Source of the DNA: Malacoraja senta
Taxonomy: Eukaryota
Assembly (NCBI GenBank): GCA_038087875.1
Contig: CM075989.1
Coordinates: forward strand, 3,782,001-3,846,000
DNA length: 64,000 nt
Direction: 5' to 3'
In this document: piece after piece, positions 23,654 to 34,283 of the stretch
Layout of the letters: every line of letters begins with the position of its first letter
Position numbering within the stretch: the first letter of the stretch is position 1
The notes under the pieces: generated by a model
Seen by the model: only the letters and a program-made list of their open reading frames with translations
Told to the model about the DNA's origin: nothing
The model's database searches: none
Position numbers and translations under genes: made by a program

Positions 23654-24087
23654 GAACTGCAGATGCTGGAAAAATCGAAGGTAGACAAAAATGTTGGGGA
23701 AACTCAGCAGGTGAGGCAGCATCTATGGAGTGAAGGAATAGGTACCGAATTCCGAATCCGACCTTTCTGTCCTGGGCCTCCTCCATGGCCAGAGTGAGTC
23801 TCACCGCAAATTGGAGGAGCAGCACCTCATATTTTGCTTGGGCAGTTTACACCCCAGCGGTATGAACATTGACTTCTCCAATTTCAGATCGTCCTTGCTT
23901 TCTCCCTCCTTCCCCATCTCTTCCCAGCTCTCCCACAGCCTACTGTCTCCGCCTCTTCCTTTCTTCTCTCCCCACCCCCCACCTCCACATCAGTCTGAAG
24001 AAGGGTCTCGACCAGAAACGTCACCTATTCCTTCGCTCCATAGATGCTGCCTCACCGCTGAGTTGCTCCAGCATTTTTGTCCACCTC
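23654..24087 (+). mobile_element. Penelope-like element: inverted partial terminal repeat, GIY-YIG C-terminus, terminal repeat with hammerhead core
   Basis: Translates DLSVLGLLHGQSESHRKLEEQHLIFCLGSLHPSGMNIDFSNF; CTGAAGA..GAAACGTC at 23995-24022. Confidence 0.85.
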
Positions 24088-24159
24088 AGGTAAAGAGGTT
24101 CCATGGTAGGCTGACTGTTGGCTAGGGACAGGAACAGGTTTCCATAGCCAGACCCAAAA

Positions 24160-24640
24160 AACTGGGGTAACTCAGCGGGTCAGACAGCATCTCTGGAGGA
24201 AAGGAATAGGTGACGTTTCGGGTGGAGACCCTTCTTCAGACTGAGAGTCTGGGTGAGGGAAGCTAGAGGTATGGGAAGGTACAGAACAAAGCAGAGCCGG
24301 CACCAATGGCTCAGGAAAGTTAGAGCTCTGAATGGTCAATTGTTGGCTGGGGACAAGGGACACAAACCGTGATATTAGGAAGAAGACTAGAGCGGGGGAG
24401 AGACCGAGAGGGTGGGAATGCAAGGGTTACTTGAAGTTGGAGAAATCAATATTCATGCCGCTGAGTGTAAGCTACCAGAGCTAAATATGAGGTGCCTCCA
24501 ATTTGCGTTTGGCCTCACTCTGAAAGTGGAGGTGGCCCAGGATAGAAAGGTCAGTGTGGGAATGGGAGAGGGAGTTAAAATGTTGGCAACTGGGAGATCA
24601 AGTAGACCAAGGCGGACTGAGCGTTGGTGTTCACGAAACG
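24160..24640 (-). mobile_element. Penelope-like element 3' fragment with intact hammerhead core
   Basis: RFREHQRSV..LPVA endonuclease remnant; CTGAAGA-A-GGGT-ctcc-ACCC-GAAAC-GTC at 24239-24212. Confidence 0.8.
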
Positions 24641-25265
24641 CTGCATTCGCTGTAAGGCAGCAACTCTACCGCAGCGCCTCGTAATGTTGTGTATCAGCCA
24701 TTTCTTTGTGGTGCTTGTTGTGAACAACGAACAACATGTAAGCAGCATCACATCAGGCCCTGCCAATGCATAGAGCAACCACAGATGTTACTCACAAGCA
24801 AGTGATCATTAGACCATCTACAAAGACAACTTTTAGTTTTACTCTCTATTTAATTTATGCGATACATCCTGGAGACAATTTATATGGAATGTGCAGAGCA
24901 GTTTTTTTTATGTGTACATATGTGTGCGTGTGAGTATATATATCTATATAAATATATAGATCATATATATTTATAAATATATAGATCATATATATATATG
25001 ATCCATATATGTGTATGTATATACACACGCACTGAACTTCTTTTTCTCTAGTTTATTATATTGTTTACAGAGTACTATGTTTCCATATTCTGTTGTGCTG
25101 CTGCAAGTAAGAATTTAATTGTTCTATCTGGGACATATGACAGTAAATCACTCTTGACTCTCTCTCTCTATTTTGTATTGTTGCCTTGCATCTCCAGAGA
25201 TCCCCAGCTATCAAATCTCAGGTGCAGTTTGTGTTGTATTTTTACACTGTGATGGAGGGGGTTCA

Positions 25266-25546
25266 TTTTAGTCTTTAGAGATACAGCGTGGAGAGAGGCC
25301 CTTCGGCCCAACGAGTCAGCGCTGACCAGCAATCACCCCGTACACTAGCACTATCCTACACTAGGGACAATTTAAAATTTTACCAAAGCCAATTAGGTTT
25401 GTTCATCTTTGCAGTGTGTGTGGAATCCGGAACACCCGGAGAAAACCCATGTGGTCACGGGAACGAACAAACTACGAGTAGAAAGCATCCATAGTCAGCA
25501 TCGAACCCAGTCAGTGATGCTGTGAGGCATCAGCTCTACCGCTGCT
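25266..25546 (-). mobile_element. HE1-like V-SINE
   Basis: Tail, core and head recognisable. Confidence 0.8.
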
Positions 25547-25552
25547 CTACTC

Positions 25553-25768
25553 TAGAACTCCAGGCCGGCCGGAGCAGGCAGATCCATTTCCATAGCCGAC
25601 ATCCGAGGCCGACTTTGCGGGCCGGTATCTCGGCTTCTTGGCTGCCAAAGCGGACCGTTCCAGTACTGTTGGACTCTCGGAGGCCGTGACCTCTGCTGGT
25701 CTGGCAAAACGGATAATCCAGAAAGGCTCTGGAACCAAGGGTGCCTGAAAATTGGTGTTAGACCTGTA
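25553..25768 (-). mobile_element. Partial Tigger-like MITE (relative of 21200-21607)
   Basis: Reverse-complement similarity to 21200-21410; terminus GACCTG-TA. Confidence 0.55.
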
Positions 25769-25809
25769 CCATTGAACTATGATGCACCTCCCAGAGCTTT
25801 GGGTCCTCC

Positions 25810-26798
25810 AACTGGTGGAGTTTAATGCAGATAAAGTGAGAGGTGTTGAATTTTGGCAAGTCAAACCAAGGCAGGACCTTCACAGTGAATGGCAAGACTC
25901 TGGGGAGTGTTGTAGAACAGAGGGTTCTAGGATTGCAGGTAGCTAGTTCCTTGAAAGTGGCATCACTGGTAGATAGGGTGATCAAGAAGATTTTTGGCAC
26001 GTTGGCCTTTATCAGTCAGAGTATTGAGTATAGAAGTTGGGATGTTATGTTACAGTTGTACAAGGTGTTGGTGAGGCCACATTTGGAGTATTACGTTCAG
26101 TTTTGATCACCCTGTTAGAGAGCCTGAGCTATAGGGAGAGGTTGGGCAGGCTAGGGCGTCATGCCATGGCCTGCTGGAAGATGAGCTGGAAGGTGATCTT
26201 ATAGAGGTGTACAGAATATGAGGTGAATAAATAGGGTAAATGAACAAAATCTTTAACCTATAGTAGGGGATTCAAGATTTAGAGGACATAGGTTTGTGAG
26301 AGGGGAGAAATATAATATCTTTATCACCGAATAAAGGGTGGTGAATCTGTGCAATTCATTGCCACAGACGGCCATGGAAGCCTAGTCAATGGATATATTT
26401 AAGGTGGCCATTGATAGATTCTTGATTTGTACTGGTGTCAAGGATTATGGGGAGAAGGCAGGTGAATGGGGGAAGAGAGGGAAAGATAGATCAGCCACGA
26501 TTGAATGGCGTAGTAGCCTTGATGGGCCGAATGGCCTAATTTTGCTCCTAGAATTTCTGAGGAGCAACTTTTTCACAGAAGGTTGTGGGTGTATGGAACG
26601 AGCTGCCAGAGGACGTAGTTGAGGCAGGGACTATAACAACATTTAAAAGACAAGTGGACAGGTACATGGATAGGACAGGTTTAGAAGTGTATGGGCCATG
26701 CGCGGACGGGTGGGACTAGTGTAGATGGGGCATCTTGGTCGGCATGGGAAAGTTGGGCCGAAGGGTCTGTTTCCACGCTGTATGACTCGATGACTCTA
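25810..26798 (+). mobile_element. Composite degraded CR1 LINE 3' fragments
   Basis: [30 protein letters not shown]; two different 3' tails in series. Confidence 0.8.
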
Positions 26799-27816
26799 AA
26801 CCAAAGTGCCTGCAAAAAGCTCTTAAATAATGCCGTCTGTGCATAACTAATAAACCCGGAGGAGGAAACAAAACAAATGTATGTATCCAATTCGGCCGGA
26901 GTTGCAACATGGGCCAGAAGTCGAATGAAGCGCAAGGTATACACCTACACACAGCGTTGTGAGAAGCAGGGCTGGAGTAGGCGCGCCGCTGCCATTAATC
27001 TGTGCTTCTGGTGTTTATACCCCAAGTTGGTATAAGCATGTTTTTTAAAATGCAAGAACTTTGCTGGAAATGTTCGCGGTGAGTTGTAATCCTGACGCTG
27101 TGCACTGTGATGTTCGATTTGGTGTGGAAGACGTTCACACGCAAGGGTTGGACGCGGGGGACTATTTGCTACCCCTTATAGAGATGTTGTGAGGCGCTCA
27201 TTACTGCCCACAGCCTTGACTGGGCTGCCCGCCGCAGTGTAATAGCGACTGGAAACCAGTGATCTCTGCTCTGGAAACTAGACAGCCTGCCAAGCCCCTC
27301 ACCTAATCCCCCCCCCCCCCAATACTACTTGTAAACATGCCCCCCCCCCCTGCCCCCACCCACCATACTATTTGTAAACATGTTTAAATGCAGAATTTTA
27401 ATGCACCTTTATATATCTGGACCCCGGCTGAATCTAAAAGATTGCAAGTAATTTGAAAATGTTATCAACGACATGCAACTTTTCACTTACTTCTCAAGCT
27501 GAAATGGAGCGCTGGAGAAAATCCAATTTGTCGAGATATAGAGCGGACCTCAACGGAATTCAATTCTGCCCGAAGCTCCGAGGTTGGCCAGAAGGCGTGT
27601 CTAATTAATGGTTCTCATCACAGTTCGCTCAGGGTGTTTCCTCCTTCACACGGCGTTACAACACAAAGCGCTGGAGAAACTCAGCGGGTCAGGAAGCATC
27701 TGTGGAGGGAAAGGACAGACGACGTTTCGGGTCGGGACACTTCTTCAGACTGATTGTGGAAAGCTAGAAAGGAGAGGTGGATGCGGGGCAAAGCCTGGTG
27801 AACGGTAGGAGGAATG

Positions 27817-29713
27817 TAGAAACAGAAAACATAGAAAATAGGTGCAGGAGTAGGCCATTCGGCCCTTCGAGCCTGCACCGCCATTCAATATGGTCATGGC
27901 TGATCATCCAACTCAGTATCCTGTACCTGCTTTCTCTCCATACCCCCTGATCCCTTTAGCCACAAGGGCCACATCTAACTCCCTCTTAAATATAGCCAAT
28001 GAACTGGCCTCAACTACCCTCTGTGGCAGAGAGTTCCAGAGATTCACCACTCTGTGTGAAAAAGTTTTTCCTCATCTCGGTCATAAAGGATTTCCCCCTT
28101 ATCCTTAAGCTGTGACCCCTTGTTCTGGACTTCCCCAACATCGGGAACAATCTTCCTGCATCTAGCCTGTCCAACCCCTTACGAATTTTGTACGTTTCTA
28201 TAAGATCCCCCCTCAATCTTCTAAATTCTAGCGAGTACAAACCGAGTCTATCCAGTCTTTCTTCATATGAAAGTCCTGACATCCCAGGAATCAGTCTGGT
28301 GAACCTTCTCTGTACTCCCTCTATGGCAAGAATGTCTTTCCTCAGATTAGGAGACCAAAACTGTACGCAATACTCCAGGTGTGGTCTCACCAAGACCCTG
28401 TACAACTGCAGTAGAACCTCCCTGCTCCTATACTCAAATCCTTTTGCTATGAATGCTAACATACCATTCGCCTTCTTCACTGCCTGCTGCACCTGCATGC
28501 CTACTTTTAATGACTGGTGTACCATGACACCTAGGTCTCGTTGCATCTCCCCTTTTCCTAATCGGCCACCATTCAGATAATAGTCTACTTTCCTGTTTTT
28601 GCCACCAAAGTGGATAACCTCACATTTATCCACATTATACTGCATCTGCCATGCATTTGCCCACTCACCCAGCCTATCCAAGTCACCTTGCAGTCTCCGA
28701 GCATCCTCCTCACAGCTAACACTGCCCCCCAGCTTTGTGTCATCCGCAAACTTGGAGATGTTGCATTTAATTCCCTCGTCCAAATCATTAATATATATCG
28801 TAAATAGCTGGGGTCCCAGCACTGAGCCTTGTGGTACCCCACTAGTCACTGCCTGCCATTGTGAAAAGAACCTGTTTACTGCTACTCTTTGCTTCCTGTC
28901 TGCCAGCCAGTTCTCTATCCACATCAATACTGAACCCCCAATACTGTGTGCTTTAAGTTTGTATACTAATCTCTTATGTGGGACCTTGTCGAAAGCCTTC
29001 TGAAAGTCCAGATATAACACATCCACTGGTTCTCCCTTATCCACTCTACTAGTTACATCCTCGAAAAATTCTATAAGATTCGTCAGACATGATTTACCTT
29101 TCATAAATCCATGCTGACTTTGTCCAATGATTTCACCACTTTCCAAATGTGCTGCTATCCCATCTTTAATAACTGATTCTAGCAGTTTCCCCACTACTGA
29201 CGTTAGACTAACTGGTCTGTAATTCCCCGTTTTCTCTGTCCCTCACTTTTTAAAAAGTGGGGTTACATTAGCTACCCTCCAATCCTCAGGAACTACTCCA
29301 GAATCTAAAGAGTTTTGAAAAATTATCACTAATGCATCCACTATTTCTGGGGCTACTTCCTTAAGTACTCTGGGATGCAACCTATCTGGCCCTGGGGATT
29401 TATCAGCCTTTAATCCATTCAATTTACCTAACACCACTTCCTGGCTAACCTGGATTTCACTCAGTTCCTCCATCTCATTTGACCCCCGATCCCCTGCTAT
29501 TTCCGGCCGATTATTTATGTCTTCCTCAGTGAAGACAGAACCAAAGTAGTTATTCAATTGGTCTGCCATATCCTTGTTCCCCATGATCAATTCACCTGTT
29601 TCTGACTGCAAGGGACCTACATTTGTTTTAACTAATCTTTTTCTCTTCACATATCTATAAAAGCTTTTGCAGTCAGTTTTTATGTTCCCTGCCAGTTTTC
29701 TTTCATAATCTAT
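27817..29713 (-). mobile_element. Young 5'-truncated CR1/HER1 LINE (RT domain)
   Basis: ORFs 29243-29650 and 28010-29194 with YLDFQKAFDKVPH, GVPQGSVLGP, FADD; near-identical to 53.7-55.6 kb. Confidence 0.95.
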
Positions 29714-29939
29714 AGATCATAAACTGTAGATTTTACTTCGGAGTCACGTGAGTGACTACGTGAAGAAGTCCGTCAGTGCGCCTGCGCGTCATTACGTCAG
29801 ACGCCTTGACGCAAACGAACGTGAGGAGCGGAGCTCCTCCAGTGGTTTGTAGTTTTTACAACTACAAGGTAAGTAAAACTTTTTAAACTATTTCCAGGTC
29901 CGTTTGCTGTGGGTCTATGGGATTTTTTCCACAGACGCC

Positions 29940-32900
29940 ATGGAAAAAACGGGCAGGGGAAAGAGGCGTGCGATTCATCCGGCAGAAAGTCGGGAATCTC
30001 CGGGTACAAGCCAGCCACCTCTAACCCCGGTACAGTCGCCGGTGGGGAGCATAGCGACTGTGGACCTGGGGCTGATAAAAACTCAGTCAGCGCCTGTCGG
30101 GCGAAAGGCCAAGTTCAAATCCAGACGGCCGACGGAGGAGGAGTCCCAGGCAATGGAAGCTCCAGGGCTAGATACTGCTTTTATGCGTATTAGCCAGATG
30201 GAAAGCCTTTTGCACAGGCTATTGGAGCAAAGTACACTCGCAGAGAGTACTCAAATACCAGCTGCTGGAAGCAGTCTAACAGCACCTGGCACAGGGCTGA
30301 TGGAATGCACCCTCAGGGATGAGGAGAGTGCTATGGGTCATGAGAGTTCAGACCCCGACTCTGACGGTGAGGCTATACAAGGTGAGGAACTGCAGATACC
30401 AGATATTCCACCACTGGCAGTACGCTTCGCTGCCCCGTCAGGGTCAGGAGAGCTGCTAGGAGATGAGCTGGCCTCCTTAATAAATTACTTGGTTTCGCAT
30501 CAGCTGGAACAGCAGGAGATGGATGATACTGCAAAGAAGCATGAGACTCCAAGCAACTGTGTGTTGCTGAAAGCACCAGCAGTGAATCAAATCATCTGGA
30601 ATCAATTGAGTATGACTATGAGAACTCAAGAATTAAAATTGCAGAGAATATTAAAGCTGCTGGGTTCTGGAATTACTGCTTTTGCCAGAATAGCAGATAA
30701 AAGCCAAGAGTTGTCGGAGTTACATCAGGAAGCACTAGGATTGCTATGCAGCTCCCACTTCGAGGTCAACTGTCTGAGGAAAAGTGTTATACGGCCTACT
30801 ATGAATCCAAAATTCGCAGCACTCTGCAAACCAAGTAATATACAATTACCCAACTTACTCTTTGGAGAGGATCTCGGGAGATGTATTAAAGAGTTGGAAG
30901 ATGAAGCGAAAACAGGATTGATGAAGACATCAATGGTTGTGAAGTCTGTAAAGAGGAAGTATCCTTTCAGACGTCATACGGATCCTGGCCCAAGTCGCTC
31001 ATCAACGCAGGGACGTAGTTGGCGGCCTGCAGCTGGAGCAAGAACGAGTGGTCGTGCTTCCGGGAGAATCCAGGAATCTCAAGTTACTCAAATAAGTCAA
31101 GAGGTAGGTGGACCTGGTTCTCATGGGAACATAATGACTGGATTAAGTCCAAAAGTTGGAGGCAGGTTACATTTCTTCTATAATAACTGGAAGAAAATTA
31201 CTTCAGATGTGGTAATCCTGAATAATATACAAGGATTTCGAATTGAATTCAATCCAAATTATGATTTGCCTGTTCAGCATGTTCCTAGCCGAACTCTCCA
31301 CTTTGTACAAAAAGAAGTGATGGAGGTTCAGGTTGAAATTGAAACCCTATATAAAAAAGGGGTTATCGAAAAATCAGTCTACCAAAGTCACCAATTTGTG
31401 TCAAATATATTTCCTCGTTCAAAAAAGGATGGAGGATGCAGGATTATTCTAGATTTGACAAATCTGAATCCTTTTGTGCAATTTAGACATTTTAAAATGG
31501 AGACATTTGTGACTGCCAAACAGCTTATTTCAGAAGCATGTTATATGGCAACAATAGATTTGAGAGATGCATATTATTCAGTGTCTGTTCATTCAGAAGA
31601 TAGGAAGTATCTTAAATTTAAATGGATGAACCAGTTGTGGCAGTTGAAAGCTCTGCCTAATGGGTTAACGTCTGCACCCAGAATATTCACAAAATTGTTA
31701 AAACCAATTCTGGGCTTGCTGAGAAGCCAAGGTCATGTACTGATGGCATACTTGGATGATGTTTTGATTATAGGAAAAACAAAACAGTCAACAGAAGCAT
31801 CTGTTGCAGTTGTGAAATCAACTTTTGAAAGTTTGGGGTTTCTAATTCATCCAAAGAAATCAAGGTTAATACCCAGCACCTCTATTAATTATTTGGGGTT
31901 CACAATTGATTCAGTCCACATGAATATTACTTTGCCCAGGGAAAAAATGGGGGATTTGATTAAAGATTGCAGTAATCTCCTAAACGAGCAAAAACCTTCA
32001 ATTAGGCAGGTGGCTCGTGTACTGGGAAAGTTAGTAGCAGCATTCCCAGCAGTCCAATTTGGACCATTACATTATCAACAGCTGCAGAGACTTAAAGAAC
32101 AGGCACTGAGAATGCATGTTGGTCACTTTGATAGAACCATGCAACTAACAACAAATGCTGTTTCTGATCTGCAGTGGTGGATTCTACATGTCTCAAGCAG
32201 TTCAGGCAAAGTGCTGATTGAACAATCTTCCATGATATTACAAACTGATGCCAGTGCACTAGGATGGGGTGCAACTGACTTAACATCTAGCTGCGGTGGC
32301 AGATGGAATCAGGAAGAGTCATTGTTACTGCAGACATGGGGAATTAACTATTTGGAGCTTCTAGGATGTTTCTATGGGCTCCAAGCTTACTGTTCTAATA
32401 CAACTAATAAGCATGTTCAAGTTCAAATTGATAACACAACAGCAGTTGCCTATATTAAACATATGGGTGGAATCAAGTCGGTGTCATGTGACAAAATGGC
32501 TAATCAAATTTGGTCTTGGTGTATTGAAAAGCATATTTGGATTTCAGCTATCCATCTACCAGGTAGAATGAATACGATAGCAGACACCAGGTCACAAAAC
32601 TTCCATGATAATAAAGAATGGATGTTGAATAAAGAGGTATTCAATGATATAGTAATCAGATTTGGAATGCCAGACATCGACTTGTTCGCATCTAGGCTGA
32701 ATCATCAGCTAGAGAGATATGTGTCATGGGAACCAGATCCAGGAGCAGTGGCGATTGATGCTTTCTCGCTACATTGGGGTGGCATGTTTTCATATATGTT
32801 TCCACCTTTCTGCCTCATAAACCGATGTTTGGTTAAAATCAGGCAAGATGCTGCTTCAGGGGTATTAGTAGTGCCAGATTGGCCTACACAACCATGGTAT

Positions 32901-33032
32901 CCATTGATATTAGAATTGACATCACAAAAATTGATGAAAGTCCCAAAAAGAAAGAATCTTTTGCTGCACCCTGTAACAGGGGAACAACATCCATTATATG
33001 ATCATTTGGCTTTGTTGATTTGCAGGTTTTAA
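29940..33032 (+). CDS. DIRS Gag-like + reverse transcriptase + RNase H + DNA adenine methyltransferase-like polyprotein
   Basis: Open frame from ATG 29940; IDLRDAY, LPNGL, YLDD, TDAS..GWG, INYLEL, DLFAS..DAF..FPPF..PDWPTQPW. Confidence 0.92.
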   Translation: MEKTGRGKRRAIHPAESRESPGTSQPPLTPVQSPVGSIATVDLGLIKTQSAPVGRKAKFKSRRPTEEESQAMEAPGLDTAFMRISQMESLLHRLLEQSTLAESTQIPAAGSSLTAPGTGLMECTLRDEESAMGHESSDPDSDGEAIQGEELQIPDIPPLAVRFAAPSGSGELLGDELASLINYLVSHQLEQQEMDDTAKKHETPSNCVLLKAPAVNQIIWNQLSMTMRTQELKLQRILKLLGSGITAFARIADKSQELSELHQEALGLLCSSHFEVNCLRKSVIRPTMNPKFAALCKPSNIQLPNLLFGEDLGRCIKELEDEAKTGLMKTSMVVKSVKRKYPFRRHTDPGPSRSSTQGRSWRPAAGARTSGRASGRIQESQVTQISQEVGGPGSHGNIMTGLSPKVGGRLHFFYNNWKKITSDVVILNNIQGFRIEFNPNYDLPVQHVPSRTLHFVQKEVMEVQVEIETLYKKGVIEKSVYQSHQFVSNIFPRSKKDGGCRIILDLTNLNPFVQFRHFKMETFVTAKQLISEACYMATIDLRDAYYSVSVHSEDRKYLKFKWMNQLWQLKALPNGLTSAPRIFTKLLKPILGLLRSQGHVLMAYLDDVLIIGKTKQSTEASVAVVKSTFESLGFLIHPKKSRLIPSTSINYLGFTIDSVHMNITLPREKMGDLIKDCSNLLNEQKPSIRQVARVLGKLVAAFPAVQFGPLHYQQLQRLKEQALRMHVGHFDRTMQLTTNAVSDLQWWILHVSSSSGKVLIEQSSMILQTDASALGWGATDLTSSCGGRWNQEESLLLQTWGINYLELLGCFYGLQAYCSNTTNKHVQVQIDNTTAVAYIKHMGGIKSVSCDKMANQIWSWCIEKHIWISAIHLPGRMNTIADTRSQNFHDNKEWMLNKEVFNDIVIRFGMPDIDLFASRLNHQLERYVSWEPDPGAVAIDAFSLHWGGMFSYMFPPFCLINRCLVKIRQDAASGVLVVPDWPTQPWYPLILELTSQKLMKVPKRKNLLLHPVTGEQHPLYDHLALLICRF

Positions 33033-34000
33033 GAAGGCCTTTTTTGGGGCAAGGACTGTCTGAGCGTACTGTCAACATGCTTACGGCAGCCTGGAGGAAG
33101 AGCACTCAAAAACAGTACCTTTCTTATATTAAGAAATGGGAAGAATTTTGTGTACAGGAAAATGTGCAATATAGTACTGTAAATATTTCAGATGTTGTAG
33201 AATTTCTGTCCAAACTTTATTATGATAAAGGTCTGAGTTATAGTGCAATTAATTCAGCCAGAAGTGCATTATCCTCATATTTGGTTCTGGATTCAGAAAG
33301 AAACCCAATTGGGTCACACCCACTTGTTTCCAGACTAATGAAAGGATTTTTTAATTCCAGACCACCAAAACCTAGATACATGACAATCTGGGATGTAAGT
33401 GTGGTGCTGAAACTACTTCGTGAATGGTCTCCAAGTGTGTCTTTATCTTTGGCCAAGCTCAGTATGAAAGTAGTCATGCTTATGGCATTAGTGACAGCAC
33501 AACGAGTGCAAACACTTGGGAAATTACAAATAGACAGGATGGAAGTAACTGAACACAAGGTTACATTCTATATCTATGACCTACTAAAGCAAAGTAGGCC
33601 AGGTGTGACGGGGTTTAAAATTGTGCTAGCAGCATATCCAAATGATCCTTGTCTCTGTGTTAAAACATATTTGTTACAATACATTGAGGTCACAAAGACT
33701 TTAAGAAATATGGAAAATGGGTTGCTGATCACACACAAGAAACCACACAAGAGAGTTTCAGTACAGACTATTTCCAGATGGATAAAAGAAGTCTTAAAAG
33801 CTGCTGGTATTAACACTGATGTTTTTACGTCTCACTCGACTAGGGCAGCAGCAACGTCGGCGGCCTGGGCGAAAGACGTCCCCGTCGACCATATCCTCGC
33901 AGCCGCCGGGTGGCCCAATGAGTTGATGTTTCAACATTTTTACCATCGGCCTATTGTTAATGCGGGGTTGTTTGCAGAAACTATTTTAAGTTCTGTGTAA
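33020..34000 (+). CDS. DIRS tyrosine recombinase
   Basis: N-terminal core-binding region, AQR, HSTR, AAGW, FYHR catalytic pattern; no ATG at the ORF 5' end. Confidence 0.92.
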   Translation: MQVLRRPFLGQGLSERTVNMLTAAWRKSTQKQYLSYIKKWEEFCVQENVQYSTVNISDVVEFLSKLYYDKGLSYSAINSARSALSSYLVLDSERNPIGSHPLVSRLMKGFFNSRPPKPRYMTIWDVSVVLKLLREWSPSVSLSLAKLSMKVVMLMALVTAQRVQTLGKLQIDRMEVTEHKVTFYIYDLLKQSRPGVTGFKIVLAAYPNDPCLCVKTYLLQYIEVTKTLRNMENGLLITHKKPHKRVSVQTISRWIKEVLKAAGINTDVFTSHSTRAAATSAAWAKDVPVDHILAAAGWPNELMFQHFYHRPIVNAGLFAETILSSV

Positions 34001-34169
34001 ATTCCTCTGGTTTAAAGGGGATCTGATTAATTTCATTATTAAAAATGAATTACTGCATTTGTGGTACAAATGTTATTATGAATGCATGATTGATTTTTCT
34101 CGTTTCGAGTCAATCTATGCAGTGAGAAGCCGGGATTGATCCACGGCATGAAATCACAAAGCTTTAAAA

Positions 34170-34283
34170 TCTTCACGTAGTCACTCACGTGACTCCGAAG
34201 TAAAATAGTAAGATTAAACGAGAACTTACCTAAGTTTGAAGTTTGATCTTTATTTTATGAGGAGTTACGTAGGTGATTACGTG
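34170..34283 (+). repeat. DIRS A internal complementary region (ICR)
   Basis: Reverse complement of the joined right end (..aatcttacta) and left end (ttttacttcggag..). Confidence 0.95.

Noticed and set aside
33020..34000. Phage integrase or bacterial contamination (recombinase plus methyltransferase)
   Set aside because: Fully explained by DIRS architecture with ITRs and ICR, embedded in vertebrate repeats
34119..34160. Hammerhead ribozyme in the DIRS 3' region (tgaga-hairpin-gaaa)
   Set aside because: Lacks the CUGANGA core; kept only as a generic structured element
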